64,000 nucleotides of DNA from the NCBI GenBank assembly GCA_951406725.2, contig OX597814.1, positions 209,870,001-209,934,000 on the forward strand, read 5' to 3'. Source of the DNA: Octopus vulgaris (Eukaryota). The notes beneath the pieces are model-generated. The model made no database searches, was not told where the DNA came from, and was given only the letters and a program-made list of their open reading frames with translations. The translations under genes and the position numbers were made by a program. Positions 40,222 to 51,700 of this stretch are shown one piece after another (the first letter of the stretch is position 1; every line of letters starts with the position of its first letter).

Positions 40222-40613
40222 AATATTAGGGAATAAATCCAAATTTACAGGGAAAAAAATCAGATTTAGGATTAAATCCAATTTTATAGTAAAATATTAT
40301 AATATATTATTAGAGACAAAACCACTATTTTGCAAAACAAACAAGGAAAGACTTAATCAATACATAAAATTTTAATAAATAGTCAAAAAAAACCGCCACT
40401 ACAATTGTTTCTTGTCTTGATCGACAATATTCAGGTGGACTTCCAATAAGTCAGTTTCAAATTATTGAAACTGACTTATTGGAAGTCCACCTGAAGATTG
40501 TCGATCAAGACAAGAAACAATTGTAGTGGCGGTTTTTTTTGACTATTTATTAATATTTTATGTATTGATTAAGTCTTTCCTTGTTTGTTTTGCAAAATAG
40601 TGGTTTTATCTCT

Positions 40614-40623
<10 letters not shown>
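40217..40623. mobile_element. Penelope-type inverted pseudo-LTR palindrome with two HHR copies
   Basis: Arms 40302-40460 and 40465-40623, near-perfect reverse complements with 4-nt spacer; left arm extends further to ~40217; in (TA)n. Confidence 0.85.
40487..40529 (+). ncRNA. Type I hammerhead ribozyme with complete core
   Basis: ccac CTGAAGA ttgtc-gatcaa-gacaa GAAAC aatt GTA gtgg; predicted cleavage after 40525. Confidence 0.85.
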
Positions 40624-40667
<44 letters not shown>

Positions 40668-40781
40668 CTGCTATCGTTAGTTGGACACTACTTATTATTT
40701 TCCTCTTATTTTGCAAAATATTTGTTCTTATATCTTGGATCGTATTAATTTGTGTTTATTAGTTTCTGTTTATTAGTTAAA

Positions 40782-41165
40782 GGCGCAGGAGTGGCTGTGT
40801 GGTAAGTAGCTTGCATACTAACCACATGATTCCGGGTTTAGTCCTACTGCGTGGCAGGCATCTCGGACAAGTATCTTCTACTATAGCCTCGGGCCGACCA
40901 AAGCCTTGTGAGAGGATTTGGTAGATGGAAACTGAAAGAAGCCCGTCGTATATATGTATATGTGTGTGTGTGTTTGTGTGTCTGTGTTTGTGCCCCCCCA
41001 ACATCGCTTGACAACCGATGCTGATGTATTTACGTCCCAGTAACTTAGCGGTTCGGCAAAAGATACCGATAGAATAAGTCCTGAGATCGATTTGCTCGAC
41101 TAAAGGCGGTGCCCCAGCATGGCCGCAGTCAAATGACTGAAACAAGTATGAGACAGTAAAGAAAG
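40782..41165 (+). mobile_element. SINE family C, full length
   Basis: tRNA-like head, internal (TA)(TG) tract, tail ccagcatggccgcagtcaaatgactgaaacaag. Confidence 0.88.
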
Positions 41166-42585
41166 AAAAGAGTCATATTTGCTAATGCATCCTCGTAAAT
41201 GAACAACAATTACAATAATATAATCCATGCATTATATGTAATATGCATAAGTATACATGCACACACACACGTATGCATATACATGTGTGCGTATGTATGC
41301 CTGTCTGTATGTTTGTAAATGTGAGTCTGAGTGTATGTCTCTTGGTATGTTTATAAATGTGCGTTTGATTTTGTGTGTGTGTATTTGTGTATGTGCGTGT
41401 GTATGTGTTTGTGTGTATAACCATTGAAGTAGATGACTATTACGTGTTTTGTTTGAACTATATCACAGTGATTAGATATATTATGTCATATTTATTCTTC
41501 AGTCTCATCCACCATATTTTGTGATAGTGTCCAATAGTTTTGTTTCTTGACTGATTGCCGTCTCTAGGTCTGCAGTATTATAATGTATTTAAGGAGTATT
41601 CAAAATATTATTCTATAGTTAATGTTAAAAATTTACACAGTATTTTGTGAAACCGTCGATATAGACAGACGCCAGAAAACAATACTAAAATCCTATCTTA
41701 ATATAACGATTCATAGCTCAGCAATATTAAAAGAAATAATTTTAACTCCAAAACAAATCTTGAACTCAGAACATTGAAAACAAAGAGCACGTAAGATGAA
41801 GCTTTATATAAAAAAATTGCTTCTCACATGTGATCTTCAGCATCTCTTTTATTGATGGAGAATTTTAATTCAGAGAGCTCCACGCACTCAAACTAAATAA
41901 ACAATATACTTCATTCAAAGCGAATAATATTAGACGTTCATATGGATTTGGAAAATAATGGCTTGTTCTCATCGAACAGAGACAGTTTAGAAAATTCCTG
42001 AAACGTTTCAATGATAGAACCAGAGTTATGATCCATAAACTTGAAATAGCTATTGCAAATTTCTTTGCAATAAGTTTTATTCATATTATCAACACGATAT
42101 ATATGAAAAAGAATCTGCTCTTTATCAACATTTATAAATCTATACACACGTGTATACCTATATTTCGTATATTCTCGTTCTTTCATATGTTCCCGTGCCA
42201 TATATCCCCGTTCTTTCATGTGTAACACGAAACTATGTCCATAAAACATTAAAAGCTATAATCTGAAATAAGAATGTTCTATCAAAGGTGAAAAGCCAAA
42301 AGACATCCGAAGAGTATTTGGGAACATAAGTCAAATTCTATCGAATCACAATAACAAAAGGCTTAAAGAAAAGTATGCTTTAGATAATATAGCCTTAAAT
42401 AACACAGAAAATATAAAATGCTCAAGGCTGGAGTGTTTTGATCATGAGTGTCCTTAGTTCATTTGCACAACTAAAGTGCAGATCAACGGATTAAGAAAAC
42501 AAAATGTCGAATTGAGATCTGAAAAATTAGTCTAATTCGGATTCTACATAAATAGCACAATTAATAAAGAACTCACTCTTTGATA

Positions 42586-42706
42586 CAGGGGTGGACTGAG
42601 CCATCGGTCAATCGGGCACGCACTCTAAATGTTAACTCTACTAAAATACACATTTATAGATGTGCACATTTACAGTTGTGCCCTTAATACTCTCAGTGCG
42701 CCCATG
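42586..42706. mobile_element. 121-bp hAT-like MITE
   Basis: TIRs caggggtggactgag / ctcagtgcgcccatg (12/15 match); 8-bp TSD ctttgata / ctttgaaa. Confidence 0.7.
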
Positions 42707-42763
42707 CTTTGAAATGAAAAAGTAACGTATTTATATATATATATATATACGATATATATATGA

Positions 42764-42795
<32 letters not shown>

Positions 42796-43880
42796 CACTT
42801 TGGAAACACACAAAGTAACATGTAGAAGTTTGGTTGCGTTAATTATTGGTTGTTGCAAATTGCTACCTTACATATATACAGTATTTGGTAACAGGGACAT
42901 GTTAAGGACATAAAAACGTTCAACAAGTTCCTTAAAATATTAGGCACAAAAGATTACTACATAACTCCACTTTGTTTTATATACATATATATATATATAT
43001 TTACAGACACCCACATATACGTACACTAAATGAACCAACGGTATAAAGTGCATATATGCATGTGTAGGTATAAGAACGTATGTATGTTTACATACGTAAA
43101 TGGAATGAGATCACTGCTTGCACATGCCAATAAAAACTTACATATACACATATATATATATATTTGTGCATCGAAGTGTACGTACTTGCAAGTGCATGTT
43201 TGGATATGTGTTTTTCATTGAGGTGAGTTTAACTAAGAAATCACAAAGATTTTTTGTTTGAAACGTGATAGTTCGAATGATTTGTGATTATATAATTTGA
43301 TATACATACACATACGTATGTATATGTATTCGTGTATGCATGTATATATATATATATATATATGTATCTATATAACCTCGTGCATATGTATATACATACA
43401 AACATAGAAAACACATCATTGTGTTACGTGCGGCTAATACTGGGCGTTTTGTAATCAGGTTTGATACATGAACAGTTAATCAATTAAACTTATGTCAAAG
43501 GATTGACAATTGGGTATTGTGATTTTTAAGAGTCTCTGAAGGCATTAAAGGGGTTAAGTGACATAGCTACAACTAGCTTTAGAATCTGGCTTACTGGTAT
43601 GGATCGCCGGACGCTAACGACTTGGAAACGGTGAGAAAATATCATGCTTGTGAGGATGGAGTAGATCGGCTTCCTAAGATTCATTGTGATGGACAACAAA
43701 GGCATTTCAGTAAGCTTTGCGATTTATTGAAATTAAGAAGAATTGAGATAGAAATAGAGATATTCAAATATCGGAATTTACGAAAAGGCTTATATTACAG
43801 TTTAACAAATTGCATTCTAACGCACACGTACGTACTCTCACAAACAACACACAAACATACAAAGAAATGTGTTTGTGTAA

Positions 43881-44051
<171 letters not shown>

Positions 44052-44773
44052 CATGCGTGTGTGCGTAAGTGTTGTGTGCATGTGCGTGTGATTGCGTGAA
44101 TGTATGTATGTCTGTGTATAGGCCATACAATGTGAAAAGTGAAAAAGTAACTGAGAAAGAACAAAATATCCAGAATACATTGCTGTTTTAACGTTTGGAA
44201 GACGAGATAAATGAGTTTCTTTGACATTTCTATCTAGGGTAAGGGAGACAGGAAGACAGAAAGAAAGCGAGAGAGAGAGAGGGAGTGAAGAAGAGAGAGG
44301 GAGTGAAGAAGAGAGAGAGAGAGGAGAATAAAGAAAGAAATACATATAGGAGAATTTATGTGTGAGGGAATAGAATTGAGTAATAATAAGCGGAGAAAGG
44401 TATAATTCTATGAACCAGGTAGGAATGTTATGCTATGCAGAGTAAAAAGGGATGTCTTTGCTAAAAATGTCGGCAGTTGTATCAGTATGTGTTTGTGTGT
44501 TTGTATGTGTTTGTTAGTGTGTGTGTATGTGTGTATGTGTGTGTGTGCCCATGGTGAATTGAATGACGATAATTTATGAGAGAAGGTAAATGCCGGTATG
44601 TTGCGATCCTCACCACAAGGTTGTATATTCTCACATCCTTCTATGTTTTCCCCCATCCATGCGAACTCACTTGCATTCAATGCACATTTGTATACATACT
44701 TACGTTCATGAACTGCAATCTCGAAATGTGTACGTCCGTCTGCATATGCCTTTATGCAACAAATCTGTAAATG

Positions 44774-44820
<47 letters not shown>

Positions 44821-45294
44821 ACAGGTATTCGGGCATGAAACTCATCTGCACAATGTCATCGCAATTCAGTTACTTTTTTAGTGATGGGGTGCAATAAATT
44901 GAGATGAATAAAAATAAGTTAGATTAACATATAAAATAGTTAACTAAAGAGCAAAGAAAAGAGTGTTATAATGTTTCCTTGGTTAGTCTAGGGGCATTCC
45001 AAGGAAAGTTGTGGAAAAGGAAAAAAGTATTTCTCTAGTTTTACCTATGATTTCATGGATTCAATTCTCAGAAACCCTGTTACACAAACTCAATAGGAAA
45101 TTGACTCATCAACGAGTTCCGATGATCTAGGCCAACACTTTAAAGGAAACTACACAGCTTGTTTGCGGGGTACATACTCATGGATATTAGAATAGCTAGC
45201 TTCTTTACGAACGGTCAATATGCAAGTGTAGTCTGATCTAACGAAAATCTATACAAAAGTAACCTGGGTCAATGATTTTTATGTTCTAAAATAT

Positions 45295-45482
45295 CGGTTT
45301 CAAATTATGGCACAATGCCATTATGTTCGAAAGAGGGGGTGAATCAATTACATCGAATACAGTGCTCGACTCCTAATTATTTTATCGACCCTGAAATAAT
45401 GAATTTGTACTCAGAACGTAAGGACCGACGAAATGCCGCTAAGCATCCTGCTCGTGGTGCTAACGTTTCTGACAGCTCGTTG
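45295..45482 (-). mobile_element. SINE family D, diverged
   Basis: ttttatcgaccctgaaa...actcagaacgtaag...gctaacgtttctgacagctcg. Confidence 0.75.
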
Positions 45483-47048
45483 TCTTATATGTTCTAAAAT
45501 ATTAATGACCCAAAATAATTCAAGACAAGTCTATATGCAGGTGTAGACTAACTGCGGTTACAAAGCCTAAGTGTTGAGGTGACAGGATAGCTGAAGGCAC
45601 CAATGCAGTCGGGCCACGTTTGTGGACCACTTCAAATCTGCCAGAGCGAGAAATATTTATATACTACTCGATCATATAGTCAAATTTCAGCTAGTGGCAT
45701 ATTTACGGCAGTGTAATCTTTGTCTTCGTGTGATACATCACAAAACGACCACAATAGATATGACTTATGCATGTAATACCGTATCGCTCTTGCATAAGGA
45801 TTACTCAGTTAGCGTTCTATTTAACTTTCACAGCAGTTTATGATTCATCATAATTATCCCTGTGTGTAGATGATGCTTCAGAAATACTGATAACTGTCTT
45901 CTGAATAATAAATGCCTCCAGAAAGAGCTGAAGCATAAGTACACTTTAGAAGGTGAGGTTATGAGAGAAAATTGCTTTGGCTTTACATAGCTTCATTCAT
46001 ATCAGACGCGAACCGCAATGCCTATGTTCACAAGGCAGAAAAATAATCCTTATTGTGAAATCTGATTCCAAATCTGCCCTTCGACACTACTGCCCCAGAC
46101 ACTACTATATTATACAAGGTCCGGCATAGGTCCAAGGTCCAAATCAATATATTTTTACTTCTTCCAGCAATGAACATACACTTCATTTAGTTGGTTCCGA
46201 GGAGGTTATACGATGTTTCCCAAATATTAAGTTCTGAAACAAAGCTTTTTCTAATAGAAACAGACGTAAGCTAATGGTAATTATAACGTAACGCATAATC
46301 ATTTGGCGTTCATTAATAGATATTACTATAAAGCATAGGCGTATCAAGATTTAACAGCGGATTATTATTATTTCTATGTCTAAACGAAATCATTCAATCT
46401 GTTGTTATTTATTTATTATTATTCAACTCTCACGTAACCTGTTCCTTGCGTAGATCTGAAGTATATGATAGACCGTATATTTAGTACACTGTCATTTCTC
46501 GATTAGGCTCAGGGCTATTGATATGTTTTGTCGGGTACAGTTAGTCGTATACACAACCTGAATATCTTTTCTGCCTGTAGTTGGGAATCTGCCTATATAT
46601 TCAACCATTTTTGTAGTGTACTTTTCGATCCGACCCGGTGCCTTACAATGTGTCTGATTTACTTCAATCTACTTTATATTTAAGGTTAAACGAAAACCTT
46701 ATATATGAGATTTTTTCTAGAACAAACTTCCACAAAACGTTTAGTAACATCCTCATAAAAATTTCATAACATTTAAAAGAACAGTCCTCTTTACACTGAA
46801 AAACTGTATTAAGTAATTATCATTAAATTTCATATATATATATATATATATATGTTATCCGAAATGTATAGTATAAAATATCCGTCGCAGCTGAAATTGC
46901 CAATCGGTAATCAGTTTCACATAAAGAATACAACGGAATCTATTATATAACTTTATGCTCATCAGAGTTTGCCGATATGGAAGGAAATGTACATATATAT
47001 GTATATATATCTATATATTTGTGTGTGTGTGTATACATATATATATGT

Positions 47049-47370
47049 GAAGGCGCGTGGCTTAGTGGTTAGGGGCATTCGGCACATGATCGTAAGGTCA
47101 TGAGTTCAATTCCCGGCGGCACGTTGTGTCCTTGAGCAAGACTCTTTATTTCACATTGCTCCAGTCCACTCAGCTGGCAAAAATGAGTTGTACCTGTATT
47201 TCAAAGGGCCATTCTTGTCACACTCTGTGTCACGCTGAATCTCTCTGAGAACTACGTTAGGGGTACATGTGTCTGTGGAGTGTTCAGCCACTTGCACGTT
47301 AATTTCACGAGCAAGCTGTTCCGTTGATCGTATCAGCTGGGACCCTCATCGTTGCAACCGATGGAGTGCT

Positions 47371-47372
<2 letters not shown>
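47049..47372 (+). mobile_element. tRNA-derived CORE SINE (head A + CORE + tail Y)
   Basis: TGGCTTAGTGG / GAGTTCAATTCC boxes; core as in 863-1121; tail as in 5914-6097. Confidence 0.9.
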
Positions 47373-47448
<76 letters not shown>

Positions 47449-47461
<13 letters not shown>

Positions 47462-47962
47462 AAACTGTAGTTGTGTGAGTGCCTGTCCCCTTCGATTTAG
47501 ATTCCTAACTACTCCCACATTTTGCGGTGCAGTTTAACCAAATTCGGGTATCTTATAGTCATGATTCATATCGAGCCCGTCTGAGTTTTAGCGCGCGTCT
47601 ACGATGAGGCTACGATTTTAAAAATAATTTAACATAATTTTTTATTCCATTTTAATGCATAATTTTTCGTATGTCGATGGCGGCGGAGTTGGCGTCCATG
47701 GTCACACCTGCACCTGTTTGCTTCTCCCCCTTCTTCCCTCCCTCGTGAAGCTGTGGGGAAGGGAGTGTAAGGAAATCAACGTCGTAAAGCGTTGTCAAGG
47801 AGACCAGCGTTCTTTTAGAACAACGACTTCATGGCTTGAAGACACCAAAACAGAAATGGCTAAGAAAGCCCGAATTGGCATCTATAAGGGAAGTAACTCT
47901 CTAAAAATGCTTATATAGTTATTTCCCTTACAAACCCGAGCAACGCCGGGCGATACTGCTAG
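47449..47962 (+). mobile_element. Non-autonomous Helitron
   Basis: 5' ..atatatatataaaactgtag; 3' hairpin cccgagcaacgccggg then CTAG|t; same type of 3' end as 9365-9393. Confidence 0.8.
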
Positions 47963-48079
47963 TATATATATATAAATATGTGTGTGTGTGTATGTATGTA
48001 TGTGATGTGTACACAATGGGAGCAACTGTCTTCGAAGTCTCATAATATTGTCCTTCAATGCTCGAAATGAGAAGTAGAT

Positions 48080-48352
48080 AGAGTGTTGCACTCACGATCG
48101 TTGGATCGTGTTTCGAATTCCGAACCGAGTCGTTCATTGTGTTCTTTCACGTAAAACAGTTCATTTCACGTTGTTTCAGTCTTATTACCTGTAAGTGGGC
48201 GGCCTTGCGACGGACTAGCTTTCCGCACAGGTGGTAATGCTGGTCTGCCCATCAAGTCACTGGGTGGAATCATTCGAAATGTAAAACGATGTGATGCGTA
48301 TTGTGACCAGCGATGTATAACATCCAATACTCTGGTCACATGATCACGTGAT
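48080..48352 (+). mobile_element. Decayed CORE SINE (head A-like + tail Z)
   Basis: ttcatttcacgttgtttcagtc core, ttgcgacggactagc box, tail as 77-196. Confidence 0.65.
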
Positions 48353-51099
48353 GAATATAAAATATGACCAGTATACCATTATTTCCTAATGACAGTATGC
48401 ACAGGTATCCGTCACGAGATTATCAATGACAACTAGCCTTTATTAACTTCAATTGAACAAATGTTAATTTTACACCAAGGAAATATTTTCAGAGAAGGAT
48501 TTTTTTTGCGTAGAACATTCTGCAACTTGGATTGGATTGGTAGCCGACCTAGAAAAAAACTTGCAGCTCTGACACGTACATATAGAGTTAGTCATTTAAC
48601 AGAACGCGTCCACACGTACTAATACACCCACATGCAGGCAAGAACACCTCCCCACCACAGAACTATTCAAATATACTCAAATTCAAGATTCCATGGCTTC
48701 TACACAGGTTAATCTTACGAATTCTGCTAAATAACATTACAGTGGAATGTTGCTTCAAAATGTGCAAATTCGAAACTAATCAATGCACACAAATAAACAA
48801 ACAAAATTGATGAATGAAAATAAATTTATAAATAAATATATATAAAAATTGTTTTCTGTGAATATTTAGTCATTCTTTCAAACATTTTTTGCTTTTTGCT
48901 GAAGGGCGGATAGATAACTATGAGACAGAATTTCATTTCAGCAAATCAATATAGCTTTTTATTTCATTAATAATTAATTTTCTTTTCAAACCCAGAGATT
49001 ATTTTAAGTGGCACAGTTTATGAAGAACGATAAAAAAATTATTCTGGTAGATTCTAGTGTATTTTTTGCAATTTCAGGCCGATTATATCTAATTTCACAT
49101 AAAATTCCTTCGAGAGAGAAGTAAAGTAGGCACAAAAATAAAAGTTTGGGAAAGAGTGACATGGAGTAGGGGAATCGATAGATTCATCGAAAGAGATATA
49201 TCGTATAGATAGGGAGGAAAACAACAAGATAGAACAAGTAGGCATAGCTCGGAGAAATAGAAATAAATAGAATGGGAAATTATGAAGGAACTGCTGTTCC
49301 ATGAGAAGTAGTAATCAACGGCAGGTTGGAACATAAGGAGAAATCTTAAACTAGTAATACAGCGGATTAACATCCAATCTTATACTCTTAGCTTATTCTT
49401 TTTTTCTAAGTGGTTCTCTTTTTCTTTATTTTCTAATGTCACTACATGGAAGTAGAAGCGAGGTTCTCTACTAACTTTCTTTCTATATACTACAACCTCA
49501 ACCGAGGGTGTCGCTTTCACAAGATATTTATATGCTTATACAGGGGCACATTAATGTTCAATTATAGTGGAGTTGATAATGAGTCGAACCTCATAAGAAA
49601 TTGCATTCTTTTGAGAACGGATCTCACATTCTCTCTTAGACACCCTGTGACTATAACTCCAATGTTTGGGCTCACAGGGTGTTTATTAAATCTCAGCATG
49701 TGTCGTATTACCTGCAATTTTTTCTGTAAGTTAACGTTTATTCGCTTCGAAACAAAACAAGAATAATAAATATAACCATCACGCAATAGCCGTTCTCATT
49801 TAACTAATGAAAACTCGGCTATTTTTCCTTACTTCAATTCAATGATTTAATGGTAGGCAAAATGTAAAGATCAAATGCAAAAGTCTACCCTCTGTTACTA
49901 AATTTATTGAGCAAAATAGTAGTTACTGGCTGAAATTTTCGAAAACCGGGAAGTACTACATTGAATCCTGATATGCTAATGGTTTTTCTTGATGTAAGAT
50001 TTTGAAATGCCCTATGTCTTTACTTGTTTAAATGCCCTTCTAATCACCTCAGCTCCCATTAATACTGCTGGATAAGTAGTGTTAGAGCTTTAAAAGCGTG
50101 TGCGCTAATGTACTAAGCATATATGCCCACCACTTACACACATAATCATGCACAAGCTTTGAGAGAATATAGCTGTTATCTTCTCCTTTAAGAAATGTTC
50201 TCATTTTACACAGAACTTAATTTAAATTATCTGCAATAGAGTTAACATTTGTATTCGAAATTCTGGCGTGATTTTCGGAAGTCGATATAACACAGAACGT
50301 AATGTCATAAAAGTTTCACCTTATCAGAATAAACATCTGAAGCAGTTTAAAGGTTCTTTATCTCAGTTTAAAACGGTTGGCGGAATTAACAATGAACATA
50401 TAGGTTCCATGTTCAAGATATCTAATTCAATAACAATTTGTCGCAATGTACAAGATATTAAACACATTAGCAGTAGATATTCTCAAAGTATGGAAACACT
50501 ACGCGTAGGACTCCTCGTTTAATACAATAGTTCTTAGTTTGCTCATAAGCAAAAATCAAATGTATCCTACAAACCGACCTACTTATGTTGAATATGTCTT
50601 TAAAATGCCTCAACTTTAAAGGAATATAAATCTCCCGTTGTTCAACTTGTGTGTTTTAACGTCGAATATAGAATTAGCGCTAATGACAATTTGTGTGAGT
50701 ATATGTGTGTGACTTTGTATGTGATAATACAACCTTTAGATATTCATGGGACAGTTGCCATCCAGTCTAAGACAATTGAAGTCAATTATTTTCTTCACAT
50801 TCTCAGGATGTTAACTGATTTTCCTTTTAAATATAATATATTTATGTAATCTATTTTTGTTGTCAGTATAACTCATACCGACATCAGTATACATTAGTGA
50901 CATCACAGTGGTATTGTAGTTCTTGATGAAAGGGTATTAGGTGACAATTTTGATTTTTTACATTATCAGATATAAAAAGAAAAAAAAACCCAAAAACAAT
51001 TAAGAGGCGATAGACACTTTATCACACTTTTATCTTTCTAAGTGCAAAAATCTTTTCTTCCAAACGTCATATTATATTAGGCACTAAGTAATGACTTGT

Positions 51100-51700
51100 T
51101 ATCTTCACTTTTTGGCCATGGAATTAAGTAGATTAATAATCCGAATAATAGTATTATTAACATATTTAAAAATACGCTGGCTCAGTGTATACAAACAAGT
51201 TGTAGACAAGGCAACGATGGGATTGTATGCCGCCGTTCTCAATAGATATCTTTCGATATCTTTGAGGCGGGTATTCGTAGATATTTCTGTGTGCATGCGC
51301 TCTGTATACACATCTGGGCTGAGCGAATGAGGTACTATTTTTACGATATTGCTTTTTCAGTGTCTGAGGCATTGTATACTTTCTGTTGAAAAAGTGTCTA
51401 ATCTATTATTTGGAATGCTGTGTTTAGCATTTCAGTAGTAAGAATATTATCCGAATTCTTGTTACGTGAATGCCATTAGTTTTGTATTGCCTAATTTTAG
51501 TTTTTAAAATCATGTTTACAAAGTTCGTCTGTGAAATGACTATTTTAAAGTGTATTTTGTGCTTATCAATGATGTAGTGGCGCTTCCCGTTGTAGTACTT
51601 ATTACTATTTCTGTACATTGTATTTCTGGATTAGTGTAATTTGAATTTGTATAAGCATAATAAAATTCTGTTATACACTAGAAGGTAGACCAAATTCTAG
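51100..51700 (-). pseudogene. Possible decayed Penelope-like RT relic
   Basis: KRHYIID, PHSLS, NTRLKDIERYL resemble PLE RT (RYIDD; IPFSLA; RLKEL..L). Confidence 0.3.

Noticed and set aside
41812-41845. Minus-strand CTGAAGA tcac-at-gtga GAAG
   Set aside because: GAAG instead of GAAA and no stem I; not a credible hammerhead
46940-46970. Minus-strand CTGATGAG (similar lone matches near 8225 and 23060)
   Set aside because: No stem II followed by GAAA
49446-49786. Overlapping 106-aa and 74-aa ORFs
   Set aside because: No recognisable domain or splice support; length compatible with chance
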